Below, piece after piece: positions 1 to 13,431 of a stretch of DNA of 64,000 bases. The stretch comes from Burkholderiales bacterium (GTDB lineage Bacteria > Pseudomonadota > Gammaproteobacteria > Burkholderiales > Burkholderiaceae_C). The stretch lies in assembly GCA_016219375.1 (NCBI GenBank), contig JACRNC010000016.1, positions 218,006-282,005 on the forward strand, written 5' to 3'. The notes below the pieces were generated by a model. It made no database searches. It was not told the DNA's origin and saw only the letters and a program-made list of their open reading frames with translations. A program made the translations under genes and the position numbers. How positions within the stretch are numbered: the first letter of the stretch is position 1; the number at the start of each line of letters is the position of its first letter.

Positions 1-452
<452 letters not shown>

Positions 453-618
453 TCAGGCGGCGCGCCACAGGCAGCAAGCAGGGCGGGGCAGGGAAGGACA
501 GGAAGCCCTTGCATCGGCCCTTGAGGCGGCCTGCATGCCGCGCGGGCTCAAATGCAAGCGGCCCGTCGGGGGTCCGTCCGGGCCGCATCAGGGGTGAAGT
601 GGAAGGCGGCGGGCGTGT

Positions 619-1809
619 TCAGAACCGCGTGGTCATGAAGCTGCGGTCGTCCGGCCGCACGTCCAGCGTGATCTCGGTGAAGGACGGGCCGTCCTCCTCG
701 TCGGGCTTGAGCATGCTGCCGCTGGCCGGCGGCACGACCGGCTCCTGCGCGTTCTGCAGGCGCCACATCAGGTTGGTGGGCGAGTCGGCGAAGGCCAGGC
801 CCTCGTCGCGGGTGATCAGGCCTTCGCCGATCAGGCGGGCCAGCTCCTGCTCGAAGGTCTGCGAGCCTTCGGCCAGCGACTTGTCCATCGCCTCCTTCAC
901 GCCGGTGAAGTCGCCCTTCTCGATCAGCTCGGACACCAGCTTGGTGTTGAGCATGATCTCCACCGCCGGGATGCGCCCGCCGGTGGTCGAGCGCAGCAGC
1001 CGCTGCGACACGACGGCCTTCAGGCCCGAGGCCAGGTCCGACAGCAGCGCGGGCCGCGCCTCCGGCGTGTAGAACGACAGGATCCGGCCCAGCGCGTGGT
1101 AGCTGTTGTTGGCGTGCAGGGTGGACAGCACCAGGTGGCCTGAGAGCGCATAGGAGATGGCCGCGGTCATGGTCTCGCGGTCGCGGATCTCGCCGATCAG
1201 GATGCAGTCCGGCGCCTGGCGCAGCGCGTTCTTCAGGCCCACCTGCAGCGACTGCGTGTCGCGGCCGACCTCGCGCTGGTTGACCACCGACTTCTTGTTG
1301 TAGAACACGAACTCCATCGGGTCCTCGATAGTGAGGATGTGCCCGGTCATGTTCTGGTTGCGGTGCTCCAGCATGGACGCCAGCGTCGTGCTCTTGCCGG
1401 TGCCGGTGGCGCCCGCCAGCAGGATCAGGCCGCGCTTTTCCAGCACCAGCGTGCGCAGCACGTCGGGCAGGTTCAGCGAGTCCATCGTCGGGATGCGCGA
1501 CGGGATGTAGCGGAACACCGCTGCAATCGAGCCGCGCTGCTTGAACGCGCTCAGGCGGAAGATCGCCACGCCCGGCAGCGTCAGGCCGATGTTGAGCTCG
1601 CCGGTGTCCTCCAGCTCTTCGAGCTGCGTGGGCGTGAGCATCTCGGCCAACAGCTGGCGCGGCTGCTGCGGCGTGAGTGCCTGGTCCGACAGCTGCAGGA
1701 TCTGCCCATGGATCTTGATGAGGATGGGCGTGTTGGCCGACAGGAACACGTCCGACGCCTGCTTGTCGACCATCAGGCGCAGCACGCGCTCCATGTTTCC
1801 ACCGCTCAT
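619..1809 (-). CDS. PilT/PilU-family type IV pilus retraction ATPase (PilU-like)
   Basis: 396-aa ORF with Walker A GATGTGKSTTLASM, ILTIEDPMEF, ILIGEIRDRET and STLHANN motifs of the PilT/PilU family. Confidence 0.85.
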   Translation of the reverse strand: MSGGNMERVLRLMVDKQASDVFLSANTPILIKIHGQILQLSDQALTPQQPRQLLAEMLTPTQLEELEDTGELNIGLTLPGVAIFRLSAFKQRGSIAAVFRYIPSRIPTMDSLNLPDVLRTLVLEKRGLILLAGATGTGKSTTLASMLEHRNQNMTGHILTIEDPMEFVFYNKKSVVNQREVGRDTQSLQVGLKNALRQAPDCILIGEIRDRETMTAAISYALSGHLVLSTLHANNSYHALGRILSFYTPEARPALLSDLASGLKAVVSQRLLRSTTGGRIPAVEIMLNTKLVSELIEKGDFTGVKEAMDKSLAEGSQTFEQELARLIGEGLITRDEGLAFADSPTNLMWRLQNAQEPVVPPASGSMLKPDEEDGPSFTEITLDVRPDDRSFMTTRF

Positions 1810-1863
1810 CGGACCTCTCCTTGACTGTCGTTGTGCGTGGCGGGCCCTGCGCAGGGCCGCCTA

Positions 1864-2685
1864 TCAGGCGCGCAGCAGGTCGTTGATGCTGGTCTTGGCG
1901 CGCGTCTGCGCATCCACCCGCTTGACGATCACTGCGCAATACAGGCTGTAGCTGCCATCGGCGCTGGGCAGCGAGCCGCTGACCACCACCGAGCCGGCCG
2001 GCACGCGGCCGTACATCACTTCACCGGTAGCCCGGTCATAGATCTTCGTGCTCTGGCCGATGTAGACGCCCATGGAAATCACCGAGTTCTCTTCCACGAC
2101 CACGCCTTCGACGATCTCCGAGCGGGCGCCGATGAAGCAGTTGTCCTCGATGATGGTCGGGTTGGCCTGCAGCGGCTCCAGCACGCCGCCGATGCCCACG
2201 CCGCCGGACAGATGGACGTTCTTGCCGATCTGCGCGCAGGAGCCCACGGTGGCCCAGGTGTCCACCATCGTGCCCTCATCGACATAGGCGCCGATGTTCA
2301 CGTAGCTGGGCATCAGGATGACGTTCCTGGCCAGGAAGGAGCCGCGGCGGGCCACGGCCGGCGGCACCACGCGCACCCCGGTGGCGCGCATCGCGTCGGC
2401 GCTCATGCCGCCGAACTTGGTCGGCACCTTGTCGAAGAAGCCCAGCTCGCCGGCGCGGATCTCGGCGTTGTCGTGCAGGCGGAAGCTCAGCAGCACGGCC
2501 TTCTTGATCCACTGGTGGGTGGTCCAGGCCCCGTCGATCTTCTCGGCGACGCGCAGGCGGCCGGCGTCGAGCTCACCGATCACGTGGGCCACGGCATCAC
2601 GCACCTCGGCCGGTGCCGAGGCGGGGGACAGGGAGGCGCGGTCGTCCCAGGCAGTGTCGATGGTGGTCTGGAGGGAGGAGGTCAT
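1864..2685 (-). CDS. dapD: 2,3,4,5-tetrahydropyridine-2,6-dicarboxylate N-succinyltransferase
   Basis: Real start is ATG at 2685 ([16 protein letters not shown]...). It has hexapeptide-repeat core [43 protein letters not shown]. The Arg-rich extension upstream in the ORF track was discarded. ATGA overlap with the dapC stop. Confidence 0.9.
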   Translation of the reverse strand: MTSSLQTTIDTAWDDRASLSPASAPAEVRDAVAHVIGELDAGRLRVAEKIDGAWTTHQWIKKAVLLSFRLHDNAEIRAGELGFFDKVPTKFGGMSADAMRATGVRVVPPAVARRGSFLARNVILMPSYVNIGAYVDEGTMVDTWATVGSCAQIGKNVHLSGGVGIGGVLEPLQANPTIIEDNCFIGARSEIVEGVVVEENSVISMGVYIGQSTKIYDRATGEVMYGRVPAGSVVVSGSLPSADGSYSLYCAVIVKRVDAQTRAKTSINDLLRA

Positions 2686-3902
2686 GCAGTGTGGGAGCGG
2701 ATGAAGGAGACGATGCGCGAGGCGGCTTCCAGGCATTCGTCGACGCCGGCGACCAGCGCCATGCGCACGCGGCCGGCGCCGGGGTTGACGCCGTGAGCCT
2801 CGCGGGCCAGGTAGCTGCCTGGCAGGACCGCCACATTGTATTGAGCGAGCAGTTCGCGGGCGAAGACGGTGTCCGAGCCGCCGCAGACCTGATCCGGCAC
2901 CTTGGCCCACAGGTAGAAGCCGGCATCGGGCAGCGCCACGTCCATCACCTCGGCCAGCATCGGCGTGACCTGCTCGAACTTGAGGCGGTAGAGCGCGCGG
3001 TTGTCCTCCACGTGCTGCTCGTCGCTCCAGGCGGCGATGCTGGCGCGCTGGATGGCCGGGCTCATGGCGCTGCCGTGGTAGGTGCGGTAGAGCAGGAAGC
3101 TCTTGAGCACCTGGGCATCGCCGGCGACGAAGCCCGAGCGCATGCCCGGCACGTTGGAGCGCTTGGACAGGCTGGTCAGCACCACCAGGTTGCGCAGGTC
3201 CGTGCGCCCCAGGTGCTGCGCCGCCTCCAGCGCGCCCAGCGGCGCGGTGTCGCGGAAGTAGATCTCGGAGTAGCACTCGTCCGACGCAATCACGAAGCCG
3301 TGGCGGTCGCTCAGCTCAAACAGCCGCGCCCATTCGTCCAGCGGCATCACCGCGCCGGTGGGGTTGCCGGGCGAGCAGGTGTAGAGCAGCTGGGTGCGGG
3401 CCCAGGTGGCCTCGTCGATGCTGGACCAGTCGGCGGCGAAGTTGCGTGTGGGGTCCGAGTTGGCAAAGGCCACCTGCGCGCCGGCCAGCAGGGCCGCGCC
3501 TTCATAGATCTGATAGAAGGGATTGGGGCAGACGACGACCGGGGCGCCCGCCTGCGCGGTGGCGCTGGGGTCGATCACCGTCTGCGCCAGCGAGAACAGC
3601 GCCTCGCGCGAGCCGTTGACCGGCAGCAGCTGCGTGGCCGCGTCCAGCTTGACGCCGTAGCGGCGCTCCACCCAGTCGGCGCAGGCCTGGCGCAGGGCGG
3701 GCTCGCCGGCCGTGGCCGGGTAGCTGGCCAAGCCGTCCAGCGATGCCGCCAGGGCCTCGCGGATGAAGGCCGACGTGGGATGCTTGGGCTCGCCGATACC
3801 CAGGCTGATGGGGCTGTGGGCGGGCGACGGCGTCACGCCCTGGACGAGCTGACGCAGCCGCTCGAAGGGGTAGGGCTGCAGGCGGGAGAGCAGGGGATTC
3901 AT
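2682..3902 (-). CDS. dapC: succinyldiaminopimelate transaminase (class I PLP aminotransferase)
   Basis: 406-aa ORF with aminotransferase class I features ([18 protein letters not shown]-lysine region). Position immediately upstream of dapD with a 4-nt overlap. Confidence 0.8.
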   Translation of the reverse strand: MNPLLSRLQPYPFERLRQLVQGVTPSPAHSPISLGIGEPKHPTSAFIREALAASLDGLASYPATAGEPALRQACADWVERRYGVKLDAATQLLPVNGSREALFSLAQTVIDPSATAQAGAPVVVCPNPFYQIYEGAALLAGAQVAFANSDPTRNFAADWSSIDEATWARTQLLYTCSPGNPTGAVMPLDEWARLFELSDRHGFVIASDECYSEIYFRDTAPLGALEAAQHLGRTDLRNLVVLTSLSKRSNVPGMRSGFVAGDAQVLKSFLLYRTYHGSAMSPAIQRASIAAWSDEQHVEDNRALYRLKFEQVTPMLAEVMDVALPDAGFYLWAKVPDQVCGGSDTVFARELLAQYNVAVLPGSYLAREAHGVNPGAGRVRMALVAGVDECLEAASRIVSFIRSHTA

Positions 3903-3938
3903 GGCCGCGGATTATCCGGGCCCGGCCCCCTCGGGCAG

Positions 3939-4601
3939 TCACGACCGCGGCGCAGCCGGCAGATAGCGCTCGTCCGAGTAGGTCAGCATCCACGCCGGGC
4001 GGAAGGCGACGAAGATGGCGGTGAGCATGCCGGTGGCAAAGGCCTCGCCCCAGGCGATCAAGGCCCGGGCCAGCCACAGGTCGCCCCGGGTGTGCTGCGC
4101 GGCCGATGCAACCAGGGCCGTCTCCAGCAGCGCGGCGGCCATCAGCGCCAGCGCCGTGCCCAGGAAGCCGCGGCCCAGGATGTAGACGAACAGGTGCTTG
4201 GGCAGCAGGTGGCGCACGGCCAGGCCCACTGCCAAGCCGCAACTGGCCGGCACGATGCCCACCCACAGCAGCTGGTTGACGGCCTGCGACCACCAGCCGG
4301 CCAGGCTGACGCTGCCGCCGGCGTTGCCGGTGAGCCAGGCCGCGATCAGCGCAATGGGCACGCAGGTCCACACCGCCAGCGGCCAGCCGAACATCAGCAC
4401 CATCAGGCAGGCGCCCGACAGGTGCACCGCCAAGCCTGAGGGCAAGAAGCGCTGCGAGGCCCACAGCAGCGGCAGCAGCACGATGGCGCCCAGCCAGGGC
4501 GTGCGCAGCTCGGCGCGGCGCAGGGTCTGCAGGGGACGGAAGGCCAGGGCAAGGCCGAGCAGGAGGGCGGCGACGATGCTCTGCGCCAGGGTCACGGTCA
4601 T
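3939..4601 (-). CDS. polytopic inner-membrane protein of unknown function
   Basis: Start ATG 4601 (MTVTLAQSIVAALLLGLALAF...). About 6 hydrophobic segments over 220 aa. The upstream part of the tracked ORF is Arg/Trp-rich and was discarded. Confidence 0.6.
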   Translation of the reverse strand: MTVTLAQSIVAALLLGLALAFRPLQTLRRAELRTPWLGAIVLLPLLWASQRFLPSGLAVHLSGACLMVLMFGWPLAVWTCVPIALIAAWLTGNAGGSVSLAGWWSQAVNQLLWVGIVPASCGLAVGLAVRHLLPKHLFVYILGRGFLGTALALMAAALLETALVASAAQHTRGDLWLARALIAWGEAFATGMLTAIFVAFRPAWMLTYSDERYLPAAPRS

Positions 4602-4650
4602 CGGGCGATTATGGTCAGCGCCCCGGCATGAGCTTTGATGTCGGACAGCC

Positions 4651-5805
4651 TCAGCCCGGAGCCCGCGCCGGCCAGCGCCGCTTGCCGGCCGGATCCACCG
4701 CGAAGCGGCCGTCGCCGTCCAGCCCGCTGTCCAGCCCCAGCCGGCGCAGCAGCCCCGCGGCGTCATAGGGCGCGCGCACCTTGATGTCGTTGTCGAAGTA
4801 GCAGTAGACGGGCCGCGCCGCGGCTGGCGGCGGTGGCTCGCTGCTGGCCAGTCGCGCATCGGCCGGCTGGCTGCCAGCACTCCAGGCACGGATGCGCGCG
4901 GCCCAGGCATCCAGCGCCTGGTCGGTGTAGCCGCTGGCGTAGAGCTCCACATCGCCATGCAGCCGCAGGTAGACGAAGTCGGCGCACAGGTCTTCCAGCA
5001 GCGGCCACTTGCCGGCGGTGTCCGCCACCACCAGGGCGACGTTGTGGTGTCGCAAGAGCGAGATGAACTCCGGCGTGGCAAAGCTCTCGTGGCGGATCTC
5101 CACCGCATGGCGCACCGGCCGCACGGCGTCGATGGCCAGACGCGAGCGGCCTTTCATGCGGCTATCACGCTTGCGCGCCAGGGCCAGCGCAGCCTCGGTG
5201 TCGTGAGGCAGTGCAGCCAGGAAGGGCTCGAACAGCTCGGCGCTGAAGCGCATGCTGGGCGGGAACTGCCACAGGATGGGCCCGAGCTTGTCCTTCAGGT
5301 TGAACAGGCCCGAGGCGAAGAAGTTGGGCAGCGCGTCGCCGATGTCCTTGAGCCGCCGCACATGGGTGATGTAGCGCGGCGCCTTGACGCTGAAGACGAA
5401 GCCGTCGGGCGTGTCGTCATGCCAGGCGGCATAGCGCTCGGGCGTCTGCAGCGAGTAGAACGAGCCGTTGAGCTCGATGCTGGGCAGCGCGCGTGATGCA
5501 AACGCCAGCTCCAGCCGCTGTGGCAGATCGTCGGGATAGAAGGTGCCGCGCCAGGGCGGATAGCGCCAGCCGGAGATGCCGATGCGCACGGCACCGGGCG
5601 GCTCCACCGGCAAGGCGCCGGCAGGGCTTGCTGCCGCCTCACCATCCGCTTGCGGTTGCGGATGTATTTGCGGTTGCGCCGCGGATGCGGCAGGGCTGGC
5701 GGCGCGGCCGGAAGACGTCAGGACCATGACGGCACAGAAGAGTGCCGCCTGAAAGGCGCGGCGGCGATGGCGCACAGCAGGCGCGCAAGCCGCCGCTGCA
5801 GGCAT
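4651..5805 (-). CDS. DUF72 (YecE/UPF0759-like) protein with N-terminal signal-like extension. Start uncertain (5805 or 5727 or later).
   Basis: Core VRIGISGWRYPPWRGTFYP...SIELNGSFYSL...FVFSVKAPRYITH...WQFPPS...VEIRHESF...YLRLHG is the DUF72 pattern. ATG 5805 overlaps the queF TGA by 1 nt. Confidence 0.75.
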   Translation of the reverse strand: MPAAAACAPAVRHRRRAFQAALFCAVMVLTSSGRAASPAASAAQPQIHPQPQADGEAAASPAGALPVEPPGAVRIGISGWRYPPWRGTFYPDDLPQRLELAFASRALPSIELNGSFYSLQTPERYAAWHDDTPDGFVFSVKAPRYITHVRRLKDIGDALPNFFASGLFNLKDKLGPILWQFPPSMRFSAELFEPFLAALPHDTEAALALARKRDSRMKGRSRLAIDAVRPVRHAVEIRHESFATPEFISLLRHHNVALVVADTAGKWPLLEDLCADFVYLRLHGDVELYASGYTDQALDAWAARIRAWSAGSQPADARLASSEPPPPAAARPVYCYFDNDIKVRAPYDAAGLLRRLGLDSGLDGDGRFAVDPAGKRRWPARAPG

Positions 5806-6275
5806 CAGCCCAGCAAGCCGCGTTCCTCGGTATGGCGCGGCAGGTCCACCAGGGGCTGAGGCTTCCAGCCCTTTTTGCGGTGCTCCACGACCACGTTGGT
5901 GTAGATGCCGCCGCGCACATACCACTTGGCCGTGATGCGCAGGAAGCGCGGCTGGATTGCGGCCACGATGTCGTCCAGGATGTCGTTGGTCACCTTCTCG
6001 TGGAAGGCACCCTGGTCGCGGTAGCTCCACATGTACATCTTCAGGCTCTTGAGCTCCACGCAGAGCTTGTCGGCGATGCACTCGATGGTGAAGTGGGCGA
6101 AGTCCGGCTGCTTGGTCAGCGGGCAGAAGCAGGTGAACTCCGGCACCTGGAACTGGATGACGTAGTCGCGCTGCGGCGCCGGATTGGGGAAGACGTGCAG
6201 CTCGCGCGAGGGCGCAGACGGCGGCGTCTCGGGGGCGGGGCGCTGCTTGGGCGCCGGGGCGGATTTCTTGTCCAT
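5805..6275 (-). CDS. queF: NADPH-dependent 7-cyano-7-deazaguanine (preQ0) reductase, unimodular type
   Basis: 156-aa ORF with EFTCFCPLTKQPDF (catalytic Cys) and the QueF motif ELKSLKMYMWSYR. Confidence 0.9.
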   Translation of the reverse strand: MDKKSAPAPKQRPAPETPPSAPSRELHVFPNPAPQRDYVIQFQVPEFTCFCPLTKQPDFAHFTIECIADKLCVELKSLKMYMWSYRDQGAFHEKVTNDILDDIVAAIQPRFLRITAKWYVRGGIYTNVVVEHRKKGWKPQPLVDLPRHTEERGLLG

Positions 6276-6516
6276 GATCGGAGCGGGGAAGGGCGTGCAG
6301 CGGGCGCTCGTGGCGAGCTGGCATGCGAGGGTTCAAGCCACCTGCGAGCCGTGCCGCAAGAGCCGGGCAACAGGCGGAAAGGCCGCCTGCGAGCTGCCGG
6401 GCGAAAGGGGTCGCGATGCTATCATCCCGGCCCGCTCCGCTCCCGCCTCATGGCGGGAATTTTGTTGTGTATCAACGACTTAGCGAGGCCCGGCGCTCCG
6501 GTGCCTGCCCCGACCG

Positions 6517-9500
6517 ATGCGCCTGAACTCCATCAAGCTCTCCGGCTTCAAGTCGTTTGCCGAGCCCACCAACTTCCAGCTGCCCGGCCAGCTCGTCGGC
6601 GTGGTCGGCCCCAACGGCTGCGGCAAGTCCAACATCATGGACGCGGTGCGCTGGGTGCTGGGCGAGTCCAAGGCCTCGGAGCTGCGCGGCGAGTCCATGC
6701 AGGACGTGATCTTCAACGGCTCGGGCAACCGCAAGCCGGCCAGCCGCGCCAGCGTGGAGCTGGTGTTCAGCAACGAGGATGCGCGCGCCGGCGGCCAGTG
6801 GAACCAGTATTCGGAGATCGCGGTCAAGCGCGTGCTCACGCGCGACGGCACCTCCAGCTACTTCATCAACAACCAGCCGGTGCGCCGCCGCGACGTGCAG
6901 GACGTCTTCCTGGGCACCGGCCTGGGGCCGCGGGCCTACGCCATCATCGGCCAGGGCACGATCAGCCGGATCATCGAGTCCAAGCCCGAGGAGCTGCGGC
7001 TCTTCCTGGAAGAAGCTGCGGGCGTCTCCAAATACAAGGAGCGCCGCCGCGAGACCGAGAACCGGCTCAAGGACACGCGCGAGAACCTCACCCGCGTCGA
7101 AGACATCCTGCGCGAGCTCAATGCCAACCTCGACAAGCTCGAGAAGCAAGCTGAAGTCGCGGCCCAGTACCGCACGCTGCAGGAGCAGGGCACGCTCAAG
7201 CTGCATCAGCTGTGGTTCCTCAAGCACCGCGATGCGGCCACGGAAGAAGCCCGCGTCAAGCAGGCCGTGCTGGAGGCCACCAACGCGCTGGAAGCCCGCC
7301 TGGCCGAGCTGCGCCATGTGGAGGCCGAGCTGGAGCACGTGCGCCAGGACCACTACGCCGCCAGCGATGAGCTGCACACCGCGCAGGGCGCGCTGGCCGA
7401 AGCCAGCCTGGCCGTCAGCCGGCTGGAAGAGCGCATCCGCTACGTGGTCGAGGGCCGCCAGCGCCTGGAACAGCGCCTGGTGGAGCTCAAGGCGCAGAAC
7501 GACCAGTGGGCCGAGCGCCGGGATCAGGCGCAGGCCGAGCTGGAGACGATTGCCGAGCAGATCGCCGCGGCAGATGAGCAGGCCGAGATCCTGGCCGCCC
7601 AGGCGGAGGAGGTGGCCGGCAACCTGCCCACGCACGAGGACGCCTTGCGCGCGGCCAGCCAGCGCGCCACCGAGCAGCGCAGCAAGGTCACCGAGGTGCA
7701 GCAGCAGATCCAGCTGCTGGCGGCCGAGTCACGCAACATCGACGAGCAGTCGCGCCAGCTCAACCTGCGCCGCGACCGACTGGCGGGCGAGCGCCAGAAC
7801 CTGGCCGCCCCCGACGAGGCCCGCCTGGCCGACCTGCGCCGGCAGCTGGCATCGGCGGAGGAACAGCAGGCCGTGGTCGAGGCGCAGTTGGAGGACCTGA
7901 CCACCAGCGTCCCCGCGCTGGACGAAGACCGCCGCGCCCGCCAGGACGAGGTCAACGCCCAGGCAGCCAAGCAGTCCGAGCTGGCTGCGCGCATGGAGGC
8001 GCTCAAGGCCCTGCAGGAGAAGGTGCAGACCGAGGGCAAGCTCAAGCCCTGGCTGGCCAAGCATGGCCTGGACGGCCTGAGCGGCCTGTGGACCCGGCTG
8101 CACATCGAGCCCGGCTGGGAGACGGCGCTGGAGTCGGCGCTGCGCGAGCGGCTCAACGCGCTGGAGGTCGGCCGCATCGAGACCATCCGGGCCTTCGAGA
8201 ACGACGCCCCGCCGGCCAAGCTGGCCTTCTACAGCCCGCCGGCGGCCATGCCGGCCAGCCCCCACCACACCCTGCCGCGCCTGGCCGACCTGCTGCGCCT
8301 GAACGACGCCGGCCTGAAGGCGCTGCTGGGCGACTGGCTGGAGGGCGTCTACACCGCCGGCTCGCTGGACGAGGCCTTGGCCAACCGCGGCCGGCTGACC
8401 CAGGGCGAGGTCATCATGACCCGCGCCGGCCATGCGGTCAGCGCACATGCCGTGGCCTTCTACGCGCCCGACTCCGAGCAGGCCGGCATGCTGGCCCGCG
8501 CGCAGGAGATCGAGAACCTGCAGAAGCAGCTGCGCGCCCAGGCCCTGATGGCCGACGAGGCGCGCAGCGGCCTCATCCGTGCCGAGGCCGCCTACACCGA
8601 GGCCTCGCAGCGCCTGGCCGCGGTGCGCCGCGAGGCCAGCGAGCAGCAGGCCCGCACGCACCAGCTGCAGGTGGAGACGCTCAAGCTCGCCCAGCAATCC
8701 GAGCAGGCCCAGGCCCGCCGCGGCCAGATCGAAGCCGAGCTGGCGGAGATCGACGGCCAGCTCGATGAGCTGAGCGAGCGCCGCGCCACCGGCGAGGCCC
8801 GCTTCGAGGAGCTGGACCTCTCTCTGGCCGACACGCAGGAGCGCCATGCCCAGCTGGAAGAAGCGGTGATCGAGGCCGAGCGTCGCCTGCACGGCGCGCG
8901 CGAGCAGGGCCGCTCGCTGGAGCGCCAGGCGCAGGAGGCGCAGTTCAGCGCCCGCTCCCTGGCCGCCCGCCGCGGCGAGCTGCAGCGTGCCATCGAGACG
9001 GCTGCGCAGCAGATCACCGCCAACGAGCAGTCCGCCGCCCAGGTGCACCAGGAGCTGGCCGAGCTCAGCGACGTTGCTGCCCAGGCTGGTCTGGAAGACG
9101 CCCTGGCCATCCGCATGGAAAAGGAAGCGGCGCTGAGTGCCACGCGCGCCCGCTACGACGACCTGTCCGCGCAGCTGCGACGCGCCGACGAACAGCGCAT
9201 GAGCTTCGAGCGCAGCCTGGAGCCGCTGCGCGAGCAGATCACCAGGCTGCAACTGGAGGAGCAGGCCGCGCAGCTCGGCGGCGCGCAGTACCTGGAGCAG
9301 CTCACCGCCGCACAGGTGGACCTGGAGCAGCTGGCCCGCACGATCGAGGAGGGCGGCGTCAAGCTCTACGGCCTGCAGACGGAGATCGACCGCATCCAGC
9401 GCGAGATCGCGGCCCTGGGCGCCGTCAACCTGGCCGCGCTCGACGAGCTGACCGCCGCGCGCGAGCGCAAGGGCTTTCTGGATGCGCAGATGGCCGACCT

Positions 9501-10032
9501 GCTGGACGCCATCCAGACGCTGGAAGACGCGATCAAGAAGATCGACCTGGAGACGCGCGACCTGCTGGGCTCCACCTTCAACACGGTCAACGAGCACTTC
9601 GGCCGCATGTTCCCCAGCCTCTTCGGCGGCGGGCAGGCCAAGCTCGTCATGACCGGCGACGAAATCCTGGACGCCGGCGTGCAGGTCATGGCCCAGCCGC
9701 CGGGCAAGAAGAACTCCACCATCCACCTGCTGTCGGGCGGCGAGAAGGCGCTGACCGCCATCGCGCTGGTCTTTGCCATCTTCCAGCTCAACCCCGCGCC
9801 GTTCTGCCTGCTCGACGAGGTGGACGCGCCGCTGGACGATGCCAACACCGAGCGCTATGCACGGCTGGTCAAGAGCATGTCGGGCAACACCCAGTTCCTA
9901 TTCATCTCGCACAACAAGATCGCGATGGAGATGGCCGAGCAGCTCGTGGGCGTGACCATGCAGGAGCAGGGTGTGTCGCGCATCGTGGCCGTCGACATGG
10001 AATCTGCCCTGGGCATGGCCGAGGCGGCCTGA
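6517..10032 (+). CDS. smc: chromosome segregation protein SMC
   Basis: 1171 aa. N-terminal Walker A GPNGCGKSNIMDAVRWVLGE, long coiled coils with a central hinge, C-terminal LSGGEKALTAIALVFAIF...LLDEVDAPLD. Confidence 0.95.
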   Translation: MRLNSIKLSGFKSFAEPTNFQLPGQLVGVVGPNGCGKSNIMDAVRWVLGESKASELRGESMQDVIFNGSGNRKPASRASVELVFSNEDARAGGQWNQYSEIAVKRVLTRDGTSSYFINNQPVRRRDVQDVFLGTGLGPRAYAIIGQGTISRIIESKPEELRLFLEEAAGVSKYKERRRETENRLKDTRENLTRVEDILRELNANLDKLEKQAEVAAQYRTLQEQGTLKLHQLWFLKHRDAATEEARVKQAVLEATNALEARLAELRHVEAELEHVRQDHYAASDELHTAQGALAEASLAVSRLEERIRYVVEGRQRLEQRLVELKAQNDQWAERRDQAQAELETIAEQIAAADEQAEILAAQAEEVAGNLPTHEDALRAASQRATEQRSKVTEVQQQIQLLAAESRNIDEQSRQLNLRRDRLAGERQNLAAPDEARLADLRRQLASAEEQQAVVEAQLEDLTTSVPALDEDRRARQDEVNAQAAKQSELAARMEALKALQEKVQTEGKLKPWLAKHGLDGLSGLWTRLHIEPGWETALESALRERLNALEVGRIETIRAFENDAPPAKLAFYSPPAAMPASPHHTLPRLADLLRLNDAGLKALLGDWLEGVYTAGSLDEALANRGRLTQGEVIMTRAGHAVSAHAVAFYAPDSEQAGMLARAQEIENLQKQLRAQALMADEARSGLIRAEAAYTEASQRLAAVRREASEQQARTHQLQVETLKLAQQSEQAQARRGQIEAELAEIDGQLDELSERRATGEARFEELDLSLADTQERHAQLEEAVIEAERRLHGAREQGRSLERQAQEAQFSARSLAARRGELQRAIETAAQQITANEQSAAQVHQELAELSDVAAQAGLEDALAIRMEKEAALSATRARYDDLSAQLRRADEQRMSFERSLEPLREQITRLQLEEQAAQLGGAQYLEQLTAAQVDLEQLARTIEEGGVKLYGLQTEIDRIQREIAALGAVNLAALDELTAARERKGFLDAQMADLLDAIQTLEDAIKKIDLETRDLLGSTFNTVNEHFGRMFPSLFGGGQAKLVMTGDEILDAGVQVMAQPPGKKNSTIHLLSGGEKALTAIALVFAIFQLNPAPFCLLDEVDAPLDDANTERYARLVKSMSGNTQFLFISHNKIAMEMAEQLVGVTMQEQGVSRIVAVDMESALGMAEAA

Positions 10033-10156
10033 GCCGCCGGGCCGCGCCCCACGCGCCCACCCCGGAACAGGCATCCGCACGCATTCGCCCGCACCCGCGC
10101 GCACTTGCACGCATTCGCCCGGCGCGGGCATCCTCAACCGATCAGGCTCTCATCGC

Positions 10157-13320
<3,164 letters not shown>

Positions 13321-13431
13321 GCCCCAGACTGTTCGGGGAGAGGCTCGCAGCATCGAGGGGCCGCCCATGCGGGAGGCTGTGCTGGGCCGTGCAGTGCGGG
13401 GCAGCTTGCACCGCCTGCCGCGCATGGCGCT

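Noticed and set aside
6472-9726. Several long minus-strand and off-frame ORFs inside smc (6472..7635, 7729..9726, 6779..7900 and others)
   Set aside because: They are repetitive Leu/Gln/Ala/Arg-rich mirror images of the smc coiled coil, with no independent coding evidence.
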